Assembly (NCBI RefSeq): GCF_964355755.1
Contig: NC_092673.1
Span: forward strand, 3,100,001-3,164,000
Direction: 5' to 3'
Origin: Antedon mediterranea
Taxonomy: Eukaryota; Animalia; Echinodermata
Length of the DNA: 64,000 nt
The position numbers were made by a program, and so were the translations under genes. Positions 58,546 through 64,000 of the stretch are shown one piece after another. Every line of letters starts with the position of its first letter. Positions within the stretch are counted from its first letter, which is position 1. The notes under the pieces are model-generated. The model was not told the origin of the DNA and made no database searches. It worked only from the letters and a program-made list of their open reading frames with translations.

Positions 58546-58755
58546 CTAAAATCAAATTATATAGCCTATACTATTATAGTAATGTATCATTTGTGTAATT
58601 GAATAGTAATGAGTATACGAATAGGGGAGGAAAAAGCAATTCCAGTATGCTGAACATTTTCTGTTTATTTGTAGGTGTTATTTTTCTTACGCACACAAAC
58701 CAAAATCAGAGATCTCAAAATGAGATCAGTTTGGTCTTTATGATTCCATACTTAC

Positions 58756-58871
58756 AGTTCCAGATCTACCAAGGATAGCATCATATGCATAGTGTGCCCG
58801 TCCGCTGAAGTCTCTATGATCCTTGTTTATTCCAGTATCGATGACATAGATGTGGGATCCACTTCCATCTC
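58756..58871 (-). CDS. Subtilase exon 4 (catalytic Asp)
   Basis: GDGSGSHIYVIDTGINKDHRDFSGRA; canonical splice sites. Confidence 0.96.
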
Positions 58872-59106
58872 CTAATGGATTGACAAAAGGCAACAGAATC
58901 ATTCATTTGATTTACATTTGGTAGTACCCATCTGTCAGTTAACTCAGTTATTTAGCTTTAAAAACGTATTCACAGATCTGTTTCTATGTTTAAATTTATA
59001 TAGTATTAAAATAGTATATAATATATATGGTAATACATTGTAATATAGTCGTTATAGTCAGTGTCAGTTAAACCAGTCTGTCAGTTATTAACTCAACAGT
59101 GAATAC

Positions 59107-59233
59107 CTGAAGGATTATATCTTCCATCAAGAGAACTTGATCTTTGGTCAACTCGATCTAAGCCCCATGTGACAGCTTGTTTCCTAACAATACTGTCCTC
59201 TTCAATGTACTCCACCACATCAATTTCTCGAAT
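59107..59233 (-). CDS. Subtilase exon 3 (propeptide end and mature N-terminus)
   Basis: IREIDVVEYIEEDSIVRKQAVTWGLDRVDQRSSSLDGRYNPS; the WGLDRxDQR motif of the proteinase K subfamily. Confidence 0.95.
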
Positions 59234-59410
59234 CTAAGGGTGAATTGATATGGTGTAGTCAATAATTGTAGAAACATCAAACAATCACAAGATGGTGAAA
59301 ATTAATAATAAATAACAATTTCTTTCTTACTAAGGCAATTAAAATTGGTGTAGAGAGTAATGTATACATTGATATAAATGCTTTAAATCACTTTTTTTTT
59401 TATACATTAC

Positions 59411-59533
59411 CTTTTCCAGAAGTTTCTCACCAATGCCATCAAGTACAAATAGGTTCAGATTCTTGAACTTTTTTACAACATTTCCAGCCAGCGATTCTGT
59501 AGTGAACACAGCTCCATCAAAATCAGTACCTTC
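59411..59533 (-). CDS. Subtilase exon 2 (I9 propeptide)
   Basis: ccacag|GAAGGT to GAAAAG|gtaatg, 123 nt, phase 0-0. Confidence 0.88.
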
Positions 59534-59658
59534 CTGTGGAGAAACAATGATTATTTTTAGACCCGGTGCATAATACCTCACCACTTAAATACTAAAACTT
59601 AATCCATATCTATACTATTCACTTTCAAATTATCTGTTGCAAATGAAAAGAAACAAAC

Positions 59659-59769
59659 CTTTAGTCCAACAAAAAAGCGGCCTGGAATTCTATCATCACC
59701 GTGTGTTTCGAGCCGGGCTAGCCTAGCCCAAGCTGATGACGCAAGGATGAGAAGCAAGAAAACATGCAT
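59659..59769 (-). CDS. S8A subtilase (proteinase K/aqualysin-like) exon 1: signal peptide and start of I9 propeptide
   Basis: MHVFLLLILASSAWARLARLETHGDDRIPGRFFVGLK|gtttgt; IPGxxxV is typical of an I9 propeptide start. Confidence 0.9.
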
Positions 59770-59825
59770 ACTGACTGGTTGAGTCTTCACTGGTACAGTA
59801 GGTAACAAGGAACATATTTTTTGGC

Positions 59826-59833
59826 TTTATATA
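59826..59833 (-). promoter_or_regulatory. TATA box of the subtilase gene
   Basis: Minus-strand TATATAAA about 57 bp upstream of the ATG; a GATA-like site (AGATAA) lies at about 59852. Confidence 0.6.
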
Positions 59834-60120
59834 GAAAATCAAATTGTTTACAGATAATATTTCTAACATAATGTGAACTACATTATTAGTTACAGATGCT
59901 TGTTTGTAGACTAATTGCCTACAATTATTAGTTTTAATTATAAATATTATCTTAATTTAATTTGATTTACGGTAATTAGTGGAGAAAGATTTGTTTCTGT
60001 CAACATTAATATAATCTTCCCTACAATGTAAACATTTGATTTAGATTAATTTGATTAATTATTTGCCAACAAAATTAGTGCGATAGTACTGTATTTAGTT
60101 AGTGCTAATTGTTAGTAAAT

Positions 60121-60216
60121 CTGATTGGTCAGAAGTACATCACGACGTAATACTGAAGTTAAATGTCGCCCTCTATAACTGGTGAACCGCCGTTTCTCAT
60201 CGCCATCTTCCTTTCA
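60121..60216 (+). promoter_or_regulatory. eIF3a core promoter: CCAAT, YY1-like CGCCATCTT and polypyrimidine (TCT/5'TOP-like) start CTTCCTTTC
   Basis: CTGATTGG at 60121, CGCCATCTTCCTTTC at 60201-60215, about 105 nt before the ATG; typical of translation-factor promoters. Confidence 0.55.
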
Positions 60217-60318
60217 AGGTGTTCCTCCATGTGTTGAGGGTGTCGAGGGTTTATTTGCTATTTTAAACCCATTTATACCCTTTTTAAAAAAGTCTTATAC
60301 CTAAATAAGCATATCATT

Positions 60319-60367
60319 ATGCCTATATATTTTCAAAAGCCAGAAAATGCTCTTAAAAGAGCAAAAG
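60319..60367 (+). CDS. EIF3A: eIF3 subunit A exon 1
   Basis: MPIYFQKPENALKRAK+G|gtaagg, the conserved eIF3a N-terminus. Confidence 0.95.
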
Positions 60368-60780
60368 GTAAGGCTGTAATTAGGAAATTTATGAAATCAA
60401 TGTGTCCGATATCTCGCCGGCTGGCTAGGCAACCCAACCAGATTATTGCAAAATCCAAAATACCATGCTCCAGTAGGCTACTGTAGTACTAGAGAGAGTA
60501 GGCTTGGCCTAGTGTCCAGCTGTTGGTGCTTGACCGAGCCTATAGACCAGCTAGTAGTAGTGTGCCGTGTGAACTCTAGGGCTTACCCTATCTAGCTATA
60601 GGCCTATATATATTAATTATTATTTATAAGCGGCAAGCCGCAGTAACTACTTTTTAATATCACCATCTGTATCGGCTTGGACTTTTTTTGGCACTGTATG
60701 ATGATGGTTTGCATTTATCTAGGTTAAGCTAGCTAGTGTAAAGTTTTATATTAAACATGTTATTCTTATGTGCATTGTAG

Positions 60781-60971
60781 AGTTTATTGATGTTGGGAAG
60801 AAGCAGCCTGCTTTGGATGCATTGTATGATGTCATCAAAAGTAAGAAACATCGAACCTGGCAAAAGATCCATGAACCCATCATGAAGATGTACCTAACAT
60901 TATGTGTGGAGCTCCGCAAGAGCCACACAGCTAAAGAGGGGCTGTACCAGTACAAAATCATTTGTCAACAG
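60781..60971 (+). CDS. EIF3A: eIF3a exon 2
   Basis: [35 protein letters not shown]...[14 protein letters not shown]. Confidence 0.98.
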
Positions 60972-61078
60972 GTACAGTAATCTTAAAACAAAATGAACGG
61001 TTGGGTGGGGCTGGAATGTTGCAAATGTCATCATTGTAACAAATCATAGACCTTGTTAACAAAAGTCATTGACACTAA

Positions 61079-61238
61079 AGCTCTGTCTACACTATCAAAC
61101 TTTATATGACAAAAAAATGTGAAGTACCCAAATATGGAAGTGATATGCACAAATATGGTAGTGCTATGACATCATCATGTCCATATATGGGCAAATCACA
61201 TTTTTTGTCACGTAATGTTTGATAGTGTAGAAAGAGCT
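61079..61238 (+). mobile_element. CArG-MITE copy 18 (full, eIF3a intron 2)
   Basis: Both TIRs; TAA...TAA flanks. Confidence 0.92.
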
Positions 61239-61347
61239 TAACAAGCTAGATTCAACAAATAAAGAGTGATAAGACCTCAAATACTACTAGTAGTAAAGGT
61301 AGTATTGCCATCTTACTGTATGAATATATTTAATGCTTTTTCTCCAG

Positions 61348-61505
61348 ATGAATGTGAAGTCTTTGGAAGATGTCGTCAAACAGTATTTGGACATGGCGGA
61401 GGAAAAGACTGAAGAAGCCAGAAAGGAGTCTGAGGAAGAGGCTAAGAAGGTACATGGAGAGATAATGGTGGTGGATGATCTTGACAACATCACAACACCA
61501 GAAAG
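61348..61505 (+). CDS. EIF3A: eIF3a exon 3
   Basis: MNVKSLEDVVKQYLDMAEEKTEEARKES...DDLDNITTPES. Confidence 0.96.
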
Positions 61506-61905
61506 GTAAACAGATAAAGTCATAAATGATCAGTGCATTTTAAAAAATGGGTCCATGTAATTGATAATGTAAGTTTAATCATATGAATCCTAATTATTTT
61601 TTGTATTTAATTTTTTTAATTTGGTATAAAATACTCAAAAACAACCAAAGGAAAAGTGTACAATAATTACGCCTAAACAGTACATAAAAATAACAATAAA
61701 AATAAACAATTAACATTATTTAGAACAATTCATTAATTTTTTCCCTGAATAGGAGTTAAATAGTTATAGGGAATTGTCATGTGTCCTTTAACAGGGCCGG
61801 GGCGTCCCAAATGGGATGCTACTGTGTAGTGTGCTCAAAGTAAAATGTTTCCATATGACATTTTTATTCTAAACTTACTAAACTGTTTGTTAAATTTACA
61901 CACAG

Positions 61906-62069
61906 CTTGCTCCTGAGTGCGGTCAGTGGAGAGGACACGCAGGCACGTACAGATCGTGTCATGTTGACCCCTTGGGTCAAATTCCTCTGGGAATCTTACC
62001 GTCAGTGTCTGGATCTGTTGCGTAACAACACTAAAGTTGAACAACTTTATCACATCATTGCTCAGAATG
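61906..62069 (+). CDS. EIF3A: eIF3a exon 4
   Basis: [41 protein letters not shown]. Confidence 0.98.
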
Positions 62070-62372
62070 GTAAGTATTGCGCAACTTGTGGCGAAAGACT
62101 GGAAAAAAGTTTTATATATAACACTGCCAACTTGTGTCTCTATGTGGCTACTTCATATATCATAATGATCTTCTAAAACTGGTGTCAAGGATTGTCCAGC
62201 ACATGCCTTGCATTGACATTATGTCATTGACACAGTCGCTTACCCATCTACCACATATATACATCCACAATGGAAATCTCAAAATTATAGAATGCGTTTT
62301 ACAAAAAAGTCAAAATGTATACAAAGAAAACATAAATTGTTTTATTATTTCTGATATTCGTTCCTTTTATAG

Positions 62373-62431
62373 CCTTCAAGTTCTGTGCTAAATATACCAG
62401 AAAGACTGAATTTCGCAAACTTTGTGACAAC
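62373..62431 (+). CDS. EIF3A: eIF3a exon 5
   Basis: AFKFCAKYTRKTEFRKLCDN|gtaagt. Confidence 0.95.
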
Positions 62432-62541
62432 GTAAGTAAAACATTTCATATATTAACAATTATCATATTATTATCTTGTAATATTGCTTCACATTTAGTG
62501 AGTATGTATTATTAATTTTTATGTTATTTTCTCAAAAATAG

Positions 62542-62682
62542 TTGCGCTCTCATTTGGGGTTGGTACAGAAGCACCACAACCAACAGACTGCAATCAATTT
62601 GAACAATGAAACGAGCCAACAGCTCAACATGGAGACCAGGCTAATGCAACTGGAGACGGCCATCAGCATGGAACTCTGGCAG
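62542..62682 (+). CDS. EIF3A: eIF3a exon 6 (gene continues beyond window)
   Basis: [47 protein letters not shown]|gtaagt. Confidence 0.96.
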
Positions 62683-63354
62683 GTAAGTCATTGATGCCAT
62701 TTATGAGGTTTTTGATTTGCGACAACTTATCTATGCATTGTCCTGGGCCTAAAAATCACCGAAATCGAGTGAAGAATATCCTAATGCATACAATGAATTG
62801 AAATCAAATCACATCTTTATTTGTTCTATATATAAAAAAGTGTGCATGAAAAAATTGTTTTCCTCAACAGAAATATGGTAAAACAAACAAAACATTCACA
62901 AATACATTTGATGAAATTACAATTTATAAAAATAAGAATAATTAAAACATGCATCAATAATCCCATAAAAAAGTACTGTATTGTATTTAGGTTAAAATTA
63001 TATTCCAATTTCAAAACTTTAAAATTTATATATTGGCTGTGCGCTATTATGATCTAACAATCTTTGAGTTAAAAATATGCATGGAATTTGGCAGAAATGA
63101 CAGCCGGTTTCTTGACGTATCAACTCTAGAAGCCCTAACTTCTATCTAGATCAAAAAGATACAGATTAACATAATGATAAAACTCTAGACTGGCTGACAC
63201 GTCATTGATTGCAGCCATCCTGTTTAACATATGCGAGTGTAGACACTGGTGGTCTCAACAGTCACCTAACTGTCTCCATTAGAAGAGATATAGAATAGAT
63301 AAAATATGATGATTGTGCACCTGGAATAATCACACGCTATTATTTTATTGCCAT

Positions 63355-63603
63355 TTTAATAATTTACATAATAAAGTATATACATAGAAATTGTGTTGCT
63401 CTCAGTCCGTACACAAAACAAAACGGTGCAAAACCAAGACAAAAATGAAGTGATCTCGGGCTATTATTTCATTCTCATTTGCATAACTTGCATACTAAAT
63501 ATAATTATATACATAGAAAATTGTGTTGCTCTCAGACCGTAAACAACGGTTCAAAACAAGACAAAACTGGAATAATCTTGGGCCATTATTTCATTTCCAT
63601 TTG
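63355..63603. repeat. About 125-130 bp imperfect tandem duplication in an eIF3a intron
   Basis: TATATACATAGAAA(A)TTGTGTTGCTCTCAG...CAAGACAAAA...ATTATTTCATT x2. Confidence 0.8.
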
Positions 63604-64000
63604 TTATATGCAGAGCGTAGATCATTATAGTAATAATATATATATATATATATTTTATCTGTATTTTATTGTTAACCGTTTTTGATGTTGTATTGTTTTA
63701 TGTTTCAAACCTGTTAGTGGCGGTATTTATCGCTGTTGGTTTTGATTGAATAAAATAAAAATAAAATAAAAATAAAATAAAATATATATCCTTAGAAAGA
63801 AGAAGGGGGCGAGGGGGTTGTGCGGGTGACAAAAACAATATTTAATATGGCAGTTGCATTGTTTGATGGAAAATTTTGACCCCCACATCACATCACCAAG
63901 TTATTTTTAGGCCTTTCAATAACTTATAATTGTATTGCTTAACTCTACTGTTGTTGACATGTGTCACTGTTGAATACTGATAAATTAAAATAAAAATTAT

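Noticed and set aside
61784-61794. TCCTTTAACAG as a U12 branch point
   Set aside because: The intron donor is GTAAAC (U2 type), the motif is imperfect and it is over 100 nt from the used acceptor.

Overview
AT-rich genomic DNA from an intron-containing invertebrate animal, probably a deuterostome such as an echinoderm (inference only). Almost all ORFs in the supplied track are spurious. Three spliced genes could be rebuilt by hand with GT-AG boundaries and consistent phases. (1) A complete FGFRL1 on + (kinase-less FGF receptor-like; signal peptide, 3 Ig domains, TM, tail ending in HQC; 6 coding exons 6586-53609, 505 aa), with two very large introns of about 26 and 18 kb. (2) A complete 8-exon secreted proteinase K/aqualysin-type S8A subtilase on - (59769-56977, 368 aa). 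(3) The first 6 coding exons of eIF3a on + (60319-62682, continuing past the window), head-to-head with the protease across about 550 bp. The non-coding DNA holds at least 18 copies of one ~150-bp near-palindromic MITE. Its core carries CArG boxes (CCAAATATGG/CCATATATGG) around a TGACATCA site, resembling a serum-response cassette. There are also two copies of a repeat with a Penelope-type minimal hammerhead ribozyme motif, other TIR relics, tRNA-derived SINE heads and tandem duplications. No new protein-coding system was found; the most notable candidates are non-coding.
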